Source of the DNA: a virus
Taxonomy: Duplodnaviria > Caudoviricetes
DNA: 64,000 nt
Strand: one strand, 5' to 3'
IMG/VR virus record: IMGVR_UViG_3300025570_000011
Location: 6,190-70,189 of that record
Position numbers and translations under genes: made by a program
Notes under the pieces: model-generated
Seen by the model: only the letters and a program-made list of their open reading frames with translations
Told to the model about the DNA's origin: nothing
Databases searched by the model: none
Part shown: positions 46,240 to 55,581 of the stretch, piece after piece
How positions within the stretch are numbered: the stretch's first letter is position 1
Layout of the letters: each line of letters begins with the position of its first letter

Positions 46240-46989
46240 ATGGCAACATTATATGAATTAGTAGAATCCGTTTATAATGAAAATGATGCGGCATATCCGT
46301 ATAGGACATTAAACGTCCCGCTTAATAATTTAAAAAGCGTAAGCACATCAAAAATCGGTATTTTTACAAATGGTTTATCTGGAGGAGAACCACCAAACAC
46401 AACGGTGGAGGATGCTATTGTGGCTTATCATAATGAGATTGGTTTTTTAGGAGATACCATTGATGATATGAATGCTGCAGCACAACTTCATTATAATGAT
46501 TGGTGGAAAGAAAATCCTAGTACTGACAACTTTAGTAGTTATAAAATTACACCCAATGTTTTAACTGGCGGAGATAAGACAAAAATAAAGATACTTACAG
46601 AAAGTAACTTACCGCTACCAGATGAACAAGACACCTTTTTTTATAAAGGCAGACAAACTTGGGCGGACGACGTAGGAAACTTAGCAGGTTGGATATCTCA
46701 GATAAATGCGCAAGAGCCTTTAGTTAGCGCTATCTCTAATGGTGGTACGGCTTCGCAAACAACCACAACAAACATAAATGCTGCAAAAGCAATTATAACT
46801 GCAGCGAAAAACTTAGTATCTTCAATAAATAGTAGCTTTGACGGTTTCGCCGCTCAGGAACGCGTTGCTTGGGATGAAGCTATTAGATATAACCAAGCTT
46901 ATTCATATGTTGCATTTTTAGAAAATAATGCGGATGATCCTGCGGTTCAGGATTTAAGAAGTAAATTTTCTGATAATTTACCAACATAA
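46240..46989 (+). CDS. Hypothetical late protein
   Basis: ORF track; TATAAATA at 46223-46230. Confidence 0.6.
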   Translation: MATLYELVESVYNENDAAYPYRTLNVPLNNLKSVSTSKIGIFTNGLSGGEPPNTTVEDAIVAYHNEIGFLGDTIDDMNAAAQLHYNDWWKENPSTDNFSSYKITPNVLTGGDKTKIKILTESNLPLPDEQDTFFYKGRQTWADDVGNLAGWISQINAQEPLVSAISNGGTASQTTTTNINAAKAIITAAKNLVSSINSSFDGFAAQERVAWDEAIRYNQAYSYVAFLENNADDPAVQDLRSKFSDNLPT

Positions 46990-46994
46990 TATTG

Positions 46995-47023
46995 TTTACA
47001 TCTGCGTAAATATAGTATATAAT
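46995..47023 (+). promoter_or_regulatory. Early promoter TTTACA-N17-TATAAT
   Basis: Upstream of 47060 and the tRNA. Confidence 0.7.
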
Positions 47024-47059
47024 ATATCTATGGTTAGCCAAGTGGTTTAACTTTTAATT

Positions 47060-47287
47060 ATGAATAAGTCAGAAGTAAATAAGCGATTGGAGTCAATTGA
47101 CAAGTATGCAAAGTCAATTCAAGAATTAAGCGATCTTCAGGAAAAGTTGTATGGTGAACTACTGCTTGAATTGCAAGATACAAATGAACATTATTTAGAT
47201 TTAGTGTTTGATTATTGTTATAACGGAGGTCCTTATACAAAGAAGGTGTTGCAAAATTATATTCTAAAAGAATTTGTAAATGAATAA
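47060..47287 (+). CDS. Hypothetical protein
   Basis: ORF track. Confidence 0.55.
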   Translation: MNKSEVNKRLESIDKYAKSIQELSDLQEKLYGELLLELQDTNEHYLDLVFDYCYNGGPYTKKVLQNYILKEFVNE

Positions 47288-47293
47288 TTTAAA

Positions 47294-47370
47294 GGGGGTA
47301 TAGCTCAGTTGGTTAGTAGCGGGGTGCTCATAACGCCTAGGTCACTGGTTCGAGTCCAGTTGCCCCTACC
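47294..47370 (+). tRNA. tRNA with CAT anticodon (elongator Met or Ile2; not initiator)
   Basis: Acceptor GGGGGTA/TGCCCCT, D-arm TAGCTCAGTTGGTTAG, anticodon loop CTCATAA, T-arm ACTGG-TTCGAGT-CCAGT; lacks the three consecutive G-C anticodon-stem pairs of fMet; ends ACC, no terminal A. Confidence 0.9.
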
Positions 47371-47390
47371 TTTTAATAAATAGATATATA

Positions 47391-47663
47391 ATGCAGAATG
47401 AAAAAGAAAAATATTATTGTGGAGCTTGGTGGGTACCAAAATTTATTAGAAAGATTTTAAGTTTTAAGTTTAATGCCAGTTGTAAAATTCATGATTTGGA
47501 TTATATATCTAAAGACATTACTAGAGAAGAATCTGATGTTAAGTTTTTATTAAATATGATAAGGCAATCAAATGGAAGTGCATTCTTCGAAATTTGTGCT
47601 ACGTTTTTTTATATCTTTGTCAGAATATTGGGAAAGCTATCTTGGAGAAAACATAAAAAATAA
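47391..47663 (+). CDS. Phospholipase A2-like / DUF1353-like small protein
   Basis: YCG...FNASCKIHDLDY...REESD..FL..M (C..HD..Y motif). Confidence 0.5.
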   Translation: MQNEKEKYYCGAWWVPKFIRKILSFKFNASCKIHDLDYISKDITREESDVKFLLNMIRQSNGSAFFEICATFFYIFVRILGKLSWRKHKK

Positions 47664-47845
47664 TGAGTAAAGAAAAAGTAAAGTCGGCTTGGGTATATGT
47701 TAAAAAGAAAAACACATGGGTTGATGTAGATGACGTTGAGTTTTTAAATATCAGCGAAAATATATTTGGTCATGATGAAATGAACTTTAAATATAAAGGT
47801 AAACAATATTCTTCCACAATTGCAATAGGAAGTAAACCTAGTTAA
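47663..47845 (+). CDS. Small hypothetical protein
   Basis: ORF track. Confidence 0.55.
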   Translation: MSKEKVKSAWVYVKKKNTWVDVDDVEFLNISENIFGHDEMNFKYKGKQYSSTIAIGSKPS

Positions 47846-47863
47846 TATTAAAACTATTTTATT

Positions 47864-48472
47864 ATGAAAACAATCGAAGATTATATTATTGTTCTTGATA
47901 ACGTTCTACCAAAGAAGTTATGTAAAGATATTATCGGTACATATGATTCTATTAATGATGATGACGATTTAAAAGTAAGTCGTGATACTGATTTTATGAG
48001 GTTCTCTGAAATCAATATGATAGACCATCCAGCATATAATGAGAATATTACTTCTAAGTTTATTCAATATATGCAACATGCAAACTTTAAGTATTTTGAT
48101 GAGACGTGCGATAACCTTAAACAAAGATTCTCTTGTTATGAAAGGTTTAATGATTATGAAGCGCCAAGAGTTAAACGATATGAACCTAATAAAGGTAAAT
48201 TTGATTGGCATATTGATAGCGCAAGTGTTGAATCAATGAGACGTGCTCTCGTTATGTTTTGGTATCTTAATGATGTAGAAGAAGGCGGCGAAACTATATT
48301 TGATCTTGGAGATGGAAAAACGTTAAGAGTTAAACCAAAAGCTGGACGCGTTGTTTGTTTTCCGCCATTCTTTATGTTTCCTCATATGGGAGCGACTCCT
48401 ATCTCTGGTCCTAAATATGTAGTATCATCATATGTATGTTTACCAGAAGTATATGGTCAATCATGTGATTAA
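47864..48472 (+). CDS. 2OG-Fe(II) oxygenase (prolyl-4-hydroxylase-like)
   Basis: WHID (HxD), YLNDVEEGGET, FPP...PH, KY. Confidence 0.85.
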   Translation: MKTIEDYIIVLDNVLPKKLCKDIIGTYDSINDDDDLKVSRDTDFMRFSEINMIDHPAYNENITSKFIQYMQHANFKYFDETCDNLKQRFSCYERFNDYEAPRVKRYEPNKGKFDWHIDSASVESMRRALVMFWYLNDVEEGGETIFDLGDGKTLRVKPKAGRVVCFPPFFMFPHMGATPISGPKYVVSSYVCLPEVYGQSCD

Positions 48473-48476
48473 TATA

Positions 48477-48505
48477 TTTACATTCACACAGTTTTATGAT
48501 ATAAT
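48477..48505 (+). promoter_or_regulatory. Early promoter TTTACA-N17-TATAAT
   Basis: Upstream of 48512. Confidence 0.7.
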
Positions 48506-48511
48506 ATTTTT

Positions 48512-48745
48512 ATGAACGAAGTTAATTACAAGAAAAGAAAGTGGCTAATAAAAGATGGTAATAAAGAAACCATCGTTGAAGGCCTTACCGAAAGAGGAGT
48601 CCTTGGTGTTTATTATAAGGTTGGCCGATTTGGTTTGGGTAAAGATTGGCAATTTACGAAACTAAAAACTGGATGGATTATTGCGGCAGACGCCAGTGAA
48701 AAACCATTCTATAGAAGAAAAATTAAGTTAAAAGAAATTGAATAA
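48512..48745 (+). CDS. Hypothetical protein
   Basis: ORF track. Confidence 0.55.
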   Translation: MNEVNYKKRKWLIKDGNKETIVEGLTERGVLGVYYKVGRFGLGKDWQFTKLKTGWIIAADASEKPFYRRKIKLKEIE

Positions 48746-48755
48746 ATAATTTGAA

Positions 48756-49013
48756 ATGACAAACTATAATCATTCAGACGCAGGAAAGGGTTCTCAAGAT
48801 AGAAGCAGTGTTGCGGCTCGTTCAGCTTCGCCATTATGGAAACAAGTTCGATTAGAAAACGGTGCAGCTTTAGAACCTATGGAAGCAGCATCAGCATTAA
48901 ATAAAATAATTTCTATTATTCAAGAACACGTGATTGATAACGTTGAAATTGACCATGAAATAAAATCTAAATTTGTTGATTGGGATCACACATATATTAA
49001 CAGTAAATTATAA
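48756..49013 (+). CDS. Hypothetical protein
   Basis: ORF track. Confidence 0.5.
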   Translation: MTNYNHSDAGKGSQDRSSVAARSASPLWKQVRLENGAALEPMEAASALNKIISIIQEHVIDNVEIDHEIKSKFVDWDHTYINSKL

Positions 49014-49025
49014 ATAAAAATAGAT

Positions 49026-49379
49026 ATGAAAAAAGAAAAAAATAATAAAGGTATTAAAGGCCTATGGAAACGGATGTCACGTGCGATCTTTGGTAGAGGA
49101 TGGGCTGATATAAATGTTGAACAAGAGGTATTTGAATGTTCTGTTTGCGGCGCACACTTATTGGTAAACCCAGCAGAACTTAGTAAAGATCTAAACGGCG
49201 GATGCGAATTTTGTAAAGGAGTTGATCCTAAAGCAAAAAAGAAATCTACTAAAAAGAAATCCACTAAGAAGAAAACTACTTCTAAAAAGAAAGCTACTAC
49301 TAAAAAGAAAACTACTACTAAAAAGGCTGCTGCTGAAAATAAAGTAGTTAAAAAGAAAACCCCTAAAATGAATTTTTAA
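49026..49379 (+). CDS. Zinc-ribbon protein with histone-H1-like Lys/Thr tail
   Basis: CSVC...CEFC, then KKKSTKKKSTKKKTT repeats; late promoter 49009-49016. Confidence 0.6.
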   Translation: MKKEKNNKGIKGLWKRMSRAIFGRGWADINVEQEVFECSVCGAHLLVNPAELSKDLNGGCEFCKGVDPKAKKKSTKKKSTKKKTTSKKKATTKKKTTTKKAAAENKVVKKKTPKMNF

Positions 49380-49402
49380 TAGTTTTAGTAAATCTTTATT
49401 TT

Positions 49403-49430
49403 AAATGCGGTGTAATAACCGCATTTTTTT
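49403..49430 (+). terminator. Intrinsic terminator
   Basis: AAATGCGG-loop-CCGCATTT followed by T-run. Confidence 0.75.
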
Positions 49431-49461
49431 GTTTAAAAATTAAAGTTATATAAATAATTTT

Positions 49462-49839
49462 ATGAGTGAAGCATCTGATACCGCTAAAAAGAATGCTAAT
49501 TATATTAGTTTTGGTACTATTACATTTTTGATTGGTATATTAGTAGCATCTCTTACGATGTATACTTTTATGGAAGGACGAATCGCAAAAGAAGTTCAAG
49601 AGTCAATGAGACTAGCTCAGCTTGAGCAACAAGTTAAATCTGAGAATGAAGCCGCCGCTGAAAGAAATAAAGCTCTGAAAGATCAAATCTGGGTAAGCGA
49701 TCAAAATGTTAAAAGCCAACTATTGGATTTTTCAAATAGAATATCAACCTTAGAAGCAAGAGTTTCATCATTCCCACAAGGAGCATTAGGATCTCCAATG
49801 CTTAAAAGCTTTAATGTTAAAGAAACTACTGACAAATGA
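49462..49839 (+). CDS. Membrane-anchored coiled-coil protein
   Basis: One TM segment then coiled coil; late promoter 49449-49456. Confidence 0.55.
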   Translation: MSEASDTAKKNANYISFGTITFLIGILVASLTMYTFMEGRIAKEVQESMRLAQLEQQVKSENEAAAERNKALKDQIWVSDQNVKSQLLDFSNRISTLEARVSSFPQGALGSPMLKSFNVKETTDK

Positions 49840-50081
49840 AATCATTTTTAATACTAATTTCTATACTATGTTTCGGTTTCATATTAACAGATACAGTACA
49901 TGGTTATTACAATACTTTTAATAGTAATGGTCAAAATGTAAATATAAAGCTAGTTGGGTATGACCCAGTTTGTAGATGTCCGATATATATTAAGTGGACC
50001 TTAGTCGGATATGACTATTATGGAAGACCTCTTTTTGCATGGCGCACGATGCCAATTATACATAAATGCCGTCGTCGGTAA
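49836..50081 (+). CDS. Small secreted protein
   Basis: Signal-peptide-like N-terminus; internal LVGYD duplication. Confidence 0.5.
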   Translation: MKSFLILISILCFGFILTDTVHGYYNTFNSNGQNVNIKLVGYDPVCRCPIYIKWTLVGYDYYGRPLFAWRTMPIIHKCRRR

Positions 50082-50150
50082 GTATAATATTCTGCTAAAT
50101 ATGCACAGATGCGTATTTTAGCCTAAAAATCTCTGTTTTTGGAGAGTTTG

Positions 50151-50245
50151 AAACCCTATATTCTACGGGGGTTCCAGAACAAAATGTGCATTTTGTGAAT
50201 TATTTTATTTACAAATGCGCTATTTTATGGTATAATATATCTACA
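50151..50245 (+). repeat. ~95 bp early-promoter cassette, copy 2 (contains TTTACA 50208-50213 / TATAAT 50231-50236)
   Basis: Near-identical to 9887-9980; heads the second small-ORF island. Confidence 0.85.
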
Positions 50246-50280
50246 AGGAAGGCACGAAACAAGCCAACCGCCACTACATT

Positions 50281-50478
50281 ATGATAAATCCAACTATTAC
50301 ATTTACCGCAACCGACTTCAAATTTGCTGAACAGCACGGTCTTACTCTCGATGATTTGGCCGCCTTTAAAGCGGAAATGCTGATTGAAGATGAACTGGAG
50401 CGCGAATTTATTTTGAAAAAGGAACGTGAAAAAATGGAAGAAAGCTTTTCGACAATGGCCGTTTATCCCGCTTGGTAA
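50281..50478 (+). CDS. Early hypothetical protein
   Basis: First ORF after promoter cassette. Confidence 0.6.
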   Translation: MINPTITFTATDFKFAEQHGLTLDDLAAFKAEMLIEDELEREFILKKEREKMEESFSTMAVYPAW

Positions 50479-50506
50479 TTACTAAAAAATTTAAAACTAT
50501 TATATT

Positions 50507-50875
50507 ATGAAAAACGAAGACATTAATAAAGGTGACGCAGTTCGCCACATCGAGACAGGTATGATTTATAAAGCTGAGTACCTCATTGAGGGAGAAAAGA
50601 TATGGGCTGGGCACGAAGACAACGAATACGAAGCAGACGTGTTTTTCGAAGCTGCAGACGTTGAGCGCGTAAGTCACAATTTGAATGTAAGTGATAAAGT
50701 TCATTATGAAATTCCTGAAGAAGTTATGGATATTGTTGAAGGCCATATCATTACAAATAAGCAATTGAAATGCCAACATAATCGCGAAATCCTTGATGAG
50801 ATTATTGAAGACCTAATTCAATATAGGCTGACTCTGCCGACCGTTAATGATTTGGAAAGTGTAAATGTTCTTTAA
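50507..50875 (+). CDS. Early hypothetical protein (acidic)
   Basis: ORF track. Confidence 0.6.
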   Translation: MKNEDINKGDAVRHIETGMIYKAEYLIEGEKIWAGHEDNEYEADVFFEAADVERVSHNLNVSDKVHYEIPEEVMDIVEGHIITNKQLKCQHNREILDEIIEDLIQYRLTLPTVNDLESVNVL

Positions 50876-50895
50876 ATTAACTAAACTAATATATT

Positions 50896-51180
50896 ATGAA
50901 AATACAAATACTAATAACAACACAGACAAAGGAATGGTACGGTTGCGAAGATCACGTTGGTGAATCTGGTCATGGCCGATACAAAATGAAAGGTGGTGCT
51001 GACTTCGTGGTAGAAGTTCCCCAATCAACCTTCATGTACAATGAAGATATTATCAGAGAAGCCTTCAACAAGAAGTACGATACGGAAGGTTCGTTTTTCC
51101 GATATCAATACATCAGGGCCGATCCTTATTATGAACCTGAGTTTATTACTCTTGATATTAAATCAAAAATTACAAACTAA
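50896..51180 (+). CDS. Early hypothetical protein
   Basis: TQ.KE.YG...YKMKGG.DFVV pattern. Confidence 0.6.
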   Translation: MKIQILITTQTKEWYGCEDHVGESGHGRYKMKGGADFVVEVPQSTFMYNEDIIREAFNKKYDTEGSFFRYQYIRADPYYEPEFITLDIKSKITN

Positions 51181-51183
51181 ATT

Positions 51184-51390
51184 ATGACAATGGATATAAG
51201 TGAGCTGGTTAGCTTTAAAATTGATGTGGAAAAAATCAATATCGAAGAAGTAATGAAGCATCGGTATAAGATTCTAAAAGCACGAAAGCTCACACATGAA
51301 AAAATCGCTTTAGAAGATTGGGATGATAAAGAAATGTGGGACGCCTTTAAAAAGAATCAGGCAAATAGTATATTACAAATTGAACTTTAA
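51184..51390 (+). CDS. Early hypothetical protein
   Basis: ORF track. Confidence 0.55.
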   Translation: MTMDISELVSFKIDVEKINIEEVMKHRYKILKARKLTHEKIALEDWDDKEMWDAFKKNQANSILQIEL

Positions 51391-51396
51391 ATTATT

Positions 51397-51744
51397 ATGG
51401 GATTAGATCAAACAGGTTACGCAAAGGATAAAGACGGCAATGAAATTGAATTGCAATATTGGCGAAAGCATAATGCTCTTGAAGGCTGGATGGCTTCAAT
51501 CTATGTTAATCATAAAGGTGGTAAGGAAAGTTTTAATTGTGTGGAAATTGAACTTATTGAAGATGAGATTGATATGCTGGAAGAAGCCGTTCTACTAAAG
51601 GAACTACCAGTCACCGCAGGTTTCTTTTTTGGATCCGATACATCACGAGATGAATATAATTTTAGACAGGATTTAGAATTTATAGATAAAGCTCGTAAAG
51701 AGTTTAAAAAAGGTAATAAAATATACTATTCATCAAGCTGGTAA
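51397..51744 (+). CDS. Conserved phage hypothetical protein
   Basis: MGLDQ...YWRKHNAL.GWM...FNC...LP.T.GFFFG...YY.SSW, a widespread phage family. Confidence 0.7.
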   Translation: MGLDQTGYAKDKDGNEIELQYWRKHNALEGWMASIYVNHKGGKESFNCVEIELIEDEIDMLEEAVLLKELPVTAGFFFGSDTSRDEYNFRQDLEFIDKARKEFKKGNKIYYSSSW

Positions 51745-51852
51745 AAATTTCGAACGTAAAGGCTACTACGTTACTGTAGTCTGTGGCTGGCTCCGGCTAA
51801 GAGTGATAGCGTAAGCAATGATTCACAGGGCAAACCTTTTAAATAAAACACT

Positions 51853-51990
51853 ATGACAACTTTACAAATTTTAATAACTTTAGGTTCTTGCCTAGTTTCT
51901 ATATGGATTATCAGCTTAATTTGGTTTTTTATCGCTTTAGCATATGATATGTTAAAGGCTCAAGACGAAGATTATATTGATAAACCTTAA
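51853..51990 (+). CDS. Small membrane protein (45 aa, not in ORF track)
   Basis: MTTLQILITLGSCLVSIWIISLIWFFIALAYD... Confidence 0.5.
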   Translation: MTTLQILITLGSCLVSIWIISLIWFFIALAYDMLKAQDEDYIDKP

Positions 51991-51993
51991 CGT

Positions 51994-52422
51994 ATGAATC
52001 ATATAGAAATAAATGGATCAACAAAAGATCGCAGAGAAATTGCTCAAAAGACGGTGGATTGGTTTTTAAAGAAATATTTACCTCGTTATAAAACGTTAGA
52101 TATTACTGTTGATATTATTGATTGCTATAAAACATCAAAAGCTTATGGCTATTGTGTAGCGATGGATGACAAACATCGGGAATTTAATATTGAGGTTGAT
52201 AAAAGATTGCGTTTGTTTGATTTTGTGACTTCTCTTTGTCATGAATTGGTACATCTTAAACAATACGCTAAATTTGAAATTAAAGATGTTTCTTTAAATA
52301 AAATTAAATGGAAAAAAACCATATTTAAAGATACAGTTAAATATGATGATATGCCTTGGGAAAAAGAAGCATATAAACTCGAAACCCAATTAGCCATTCA
52401 ATGCTTTGAAGATTGTTTATAA
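51994..52422 (+). CDS. Putative zinc metallopeptidase
   Basis: LCHELVHLKQY (HExxH) and PWEKEAY. Confidence 0.7.
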   Translation: MNHIEINGSTKDRREIAQKTVDWFLKKYLPRYKTLDITVDIIDCYKTSKAYGYCVAMDDKHREFNIEVDKRLRLFDFVTSLCHELVHLKQYAKFEIKDVSLNKIKWKKTIFKDTVKYDDMPWEKEAYKLETQLAIQCFEDCL

Positions 52423-52476
52423 ATAGTTTTATATAAATAGTTTTATATTCGTTATGTTACGACGGATATAAAACTA
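52418..52476 (+). promoter_or_regulatory. Tandem late promoters followed by a 15-bp leader hairpin
   Basis: TATAAATA at 52418 and 52432; stem TAGTTTTATATTCGT/ACGGATATAAAACTA (52438-52476). Confidence 0.55.
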
Positions 52477-52502
52477 ATAATAAACAATAATATATAAGCA
52501 AA

Positions 52503-52841
52503 ATGAGCATATTAGAAAATCAAAGAAGTCCTGTTTTATCAAATGGGGAACGTTCTGCAAGGCAAGTTAAACGCGCCACTTCGCAGATGGCGTATCAATT
52601 AATTAGATCTTGGCATCACGGTTGGGACCTCGTTTGGTCTGCTGAAGATCCAGCGGCAGTTTTAGCCGAGATTGGAACTGACGCCGCCGAAATTTTTGAA
52701 CTCAATGAAGAGCTGATTTCATTTTTTGGTACCGCATTAGCCGGTCGTCGTCAAGAAGACCTTGATGAGATTATGGCTAAAGTTGCATTAAAGCCGGCTA
52801 CAGAAACCGCCGAAGATGGTTCTGTAACTATCGTAGAATAA
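52503..52841 (+). CDS. Hypothetical late protein
   Basis: ORF track. Confidence 0.6.
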   Translation: MSILENQRSPVLSNGERSARQVKRATSQMAYQLIRSWHHGWDLVWSAEDPAAVLAEIGTDAAEIFELNEELISFFGTALAGRRQEDLDEIMAKVALKPATETAEDGSVTIVE

Positions 52842-52894
52842 ATATTATTTGATAATGGGCAGTATTATATACTATCCCATTATCATGCTTTAAT

Positions 52895-53248
52895 ATGCTT
52901 GATCAAATTTACCACTATAAGGCACACGTTGTTTATGTGTATGACGGAGATTCTGTTACCGTTGATATTGACTTAGGGTTTAATACATGGATGAGAAATC
53001 AGAAGATTCGATTTTATGGAATTGACACGCCTGAACTTCGTGGTGAAGAAAGACAAGATGGTTTAATAGCGCGCGATCGTTTGCGAGATTTAATTGATGA
53101 TAAGGAAATTATTATTAAATCTTATAAAGATAAATCTGGAAAATATGGACGTTGGTTAGCAACAATATTCATTCAAAACGAAAACGGAGATTATACTAAT
53201 ATAAATGATCTACTATTAAATGAGGGCTTAGCTACAGTATATAAATAA
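52895..53248 (+). CDS. Thermonuclease (SNase-like)
   Basis: YDGDSV, IRFYGIDTPE, GKYGRWLA, INDLLLNEGLA. Confidence 0.85.
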   Translation: MLDQIYHYKAHVVYVYDGDSVTVDIDLGFNTWMRNQKIRFYGIDTPELRGEERQDGLIARDRLRDLIDDKEIIIKSYKDKSGKYGRWLATIFIQNENGDYTNINDLLLNEGLATVYK

Positions 53249-53268
53249 ATATATAAATAATAATTAAT

Positions 53269-53571
53269 ATGGCAACACAAACAGTTACAGGTACAGGCGC
53301 AGATATTGAATCTGATGTTTATGGATATAGATCAGCAGAGTCAACTTTTGCTTTTTATGGAGATTTTGGTGGAGGCACTTTAACGGTAGAAGCTTCTTTT
53401 AATGGTACAGACACAATTCCGGTTTATATCACATTGAAAAAAGGTGATGGTACTATTTTAGAAATTACTGAAGATGAAATTCACACGCTTTCTTTGGGTA
53501 AATGCTTAATACGATATAGAGTAACTGGAGCAACGGCGGCAGTTGCCGTTAATATAGTAATAAAAGATTAA
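53269..53571 (+). CDS. Small putative structural protein
   Basis: Beta-rich G.FGG.T.TVEAS; late promoters at 53240 and 53252. Confidence 0.55.
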   Translation: MATQTVTGTGADIESDVYGYRSAESTFAFYGDFGGGTLTVEASFNGTDTIPVYITLKKGDGTILEITEDEIHTLSLGKCLIRYRVTGATAAVAVNIVIKD

Positions 53572-53576
53572 TAATT

Positions 53577-53756
53577 ATGGTTAATAAACCAACAGTTTCT
53601 AGTGCTGTATCTGTATCTGCAGTAAAAGCCGTGGTAACATCGGTTGTAGATCATATTCCAGTAGTATCACCAGTATTAATAAACGATGAATATCGTTCGC
53701 CAACTGGCTTTAAATATTTACAACCCGATGGAATTTCCATATACAAACAACCTTAA
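53577..53756 (+). CDS. Small hypothetical protein (59 aa, not in ORF track)
   Basis: MVNKPTVSS...YLQPDGISIYKQP*; fills the gap in a late operon. Confidence 0.5.
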   Translation: MVNKPTVSSAVSVSAVKAVVTSVVDHIPVVSPVLINDEYRSPTGFKYLQPDGISIYKQP

Positions 53757-53769
53757 CAAATAAAATATC

Positions 53770-55581
53770 ATGGCAAATGTAACCGTAACCACAGACATAG
53801 ACAACCTTTTAAAGAGTGCTGACAATGCAGCAGCAAGGACAAACCTAGGAATTACTGACCCGACTCTTGAGTCAGTCACGACAAACGGAGCAACCACCCT
53901 AAACGATATTAGTGTAGGGAGAATTGCCACAGCGCATCCAACTAATTCAGCAAACAACAATACCGCCTCTGGTAGTAGCAGTGCGTCTATTGGAGGCACA
54001 GCCAACGTAGCGTCTGGCAATAGATCTGGGACTTTTGGGGGTAGAATAAACCAAGCAAATGGAACGGAATCATCAACCTTTGGAGGGACAAGTCAAATTG
54101 TCCGAGGAGATGAGTCAGAAGGATTTGGTGGAACAAATATTACCCTAAACACAAAGTTCACTAACACAGTAGGGGGAGCTAATCATGTGGTAGGGCTTGC
54201 AACCTCCCCCGCTACAGATCCCGTAGCAAAGCACAGCCTTACATTAGGTGGGGAATCCTCAGTCATTGAAAACGCAACCCATTCAGCTATTGTTGGAGGG
54301 GAGTCTAACACAATCCAATCTACGCACCATCGCTCTGTAATATTAGGAGGCACGGGCATCACAACAGATGCAGCGGATACTGCATACGTTTCTAATTTAA
54401 ACATCAAAGCAGGATTCAAATTGCCAACAGGAGCAACCGATGATTACGTCCTCACATCAGATGCTAACGGAGTTGGCACATGGCAATCAAAAACGAAAAT
54501 TCAAGGTGTACAAACAACATCGGGCGTTCTTTCTTTTGACTATACAGCAGGCGAGATCGTAAAGACGATATTGACTGAGGACGTCACTTCTCTTGCAATC
54601 ACAAATGCAGCAGAGGGAGATTCGGGGATGATAATTTTTTCGACTGATGGATTGGCTACTTATTCCATGACAGTCGGCTCTCCTAACATAGTTATAAGTG
54701 GAGACCCTATTGACTTTGACAGCCTCACTACGGCTGACGTTATAACTATGGACTACTATTACACCGGCGCAAAATTGTATCTTTATATTAGCGGTGACCA
54801 AGACCTTTCTGGACTGCAAGTGAAACCCGCTGAGGGAGCATTTGTTGATGGCGACAAAACAGCACTTGACTCAGCTTTACAACCAGCAGACCCCACGCTA
54901 GAAAGTATCACAACAAACGGAGCAACCACGCGCAACGACATAGTGGTTGGCACAATTACAACTTTGCATCCAAGTAATCCAGTCAACGACAACTCAGCAA
55001 CCGGCAACCAAGCTTGCGCTATTGGAGGCGTAGTAAATGTAGTAAGCGGGAATCGCTCGGTAAGTTATGGAGGGCGTGAGAATGTAGTTTCTGGCAACGA
55101 TAGCTCTACGATTGGAGGCTTGGGTCAAATTGTGATTGGTGCAGAAGCGGAAGGATTAGGTTCAACAGCCACAACCCTTAACACGAAATATACGAGTGCT
55201 GTTGGAACAATCAACAGCGTTGTCGGACTAGCCGCAGAGGGAACGTCATCAACAGCATCAGCGCATTCATCGGTTCTTGGAGGCAGCACAAACATAATCG
55301 AAAGCGCAACCGAAGCGGTCATAATTGGTGGGGATACAAACACAATCCAATCTACCCACCACCGCTCAACTATCTTAGGTGGTCAAAACATTGCAACTGA
55401 TGCGGCAGACACGGCATATGCTCCAAGTCTGGATGTTCAGGGAACTGTATACATAAAACAGCGGGATGGAGCAGACGTTAATAAGGCAGGAAAGTGCCAG
55501 TTATGGGTAGAAAATACCACCGGCGATTTATACCTAACACTACCTGACGGCACTAGTAAACAAATCGCGTTTGTTGTATAA
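53770..55581 (+). CDS. Tail-fibre-like protein with duplicated beta-helix module
   Basis: Two copies of the TLESVTTNGATT...HHRS.ILGG..I.TDAADTAY module also found at ~21600-22180. Confidence 0.75.
   Translation: MANVTVTTDIDNLLKSADNAAARTNLGITDPTLESVTTNGATTLNDISVGRIATAHPTNSANNNTASGSSSASIGGTANVASGNRSGTFGGRINQANGTESSTFGGTSQIVRGDESEGFGGTNITLNTKFTNTVGGANHVVGLATSPATDPVAKHSLTLGGESSVIENATHSAIVGGESNTIQSTHHRSVILGGTGITTDAADTAYVSNLNIKAGFKLPTGATDDYVLTSDANGVGTWQSKTKIQGVQTTSGVLSFDYTAGEIVKTILTEDVTSLAITNAAEGDSGMIIFSTDGLATYSMTVGSPNIVISGDPIDFDSLTTADVITMDYYYTGAKLYLYISGDQDLSGLQVKPAEGAFVDGDKTALDSALQPADPTLESITTNGATTRNDIVVGTITTLHPSNPVNDNSATGNQACAIGGVVNVVSGNRSVSYGGRENVVSGNDSSTIGGLGQIVIGAEAEGLGSTATTLNTKYTSAVGTINSVVGLAAEGTSSTASAHSSVLGGSTNIIESATEAVIIGGDTNTIQSTHHRSTILGGQNIATDAADTAYAPSLDVQGTVYIKQRDGADVNKAGKCQLWVENTTGDLYLTLPDGTSKQIAFVV

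Noticed and set aside
51822-51850. CACAGGGCAAACC resembling the start of a c-di-GMP-I riboswitch
   Set aside because: The required downstream GNRA-capped P2 partner and second stem are missing; kept only as a generic structured-RNA candidate
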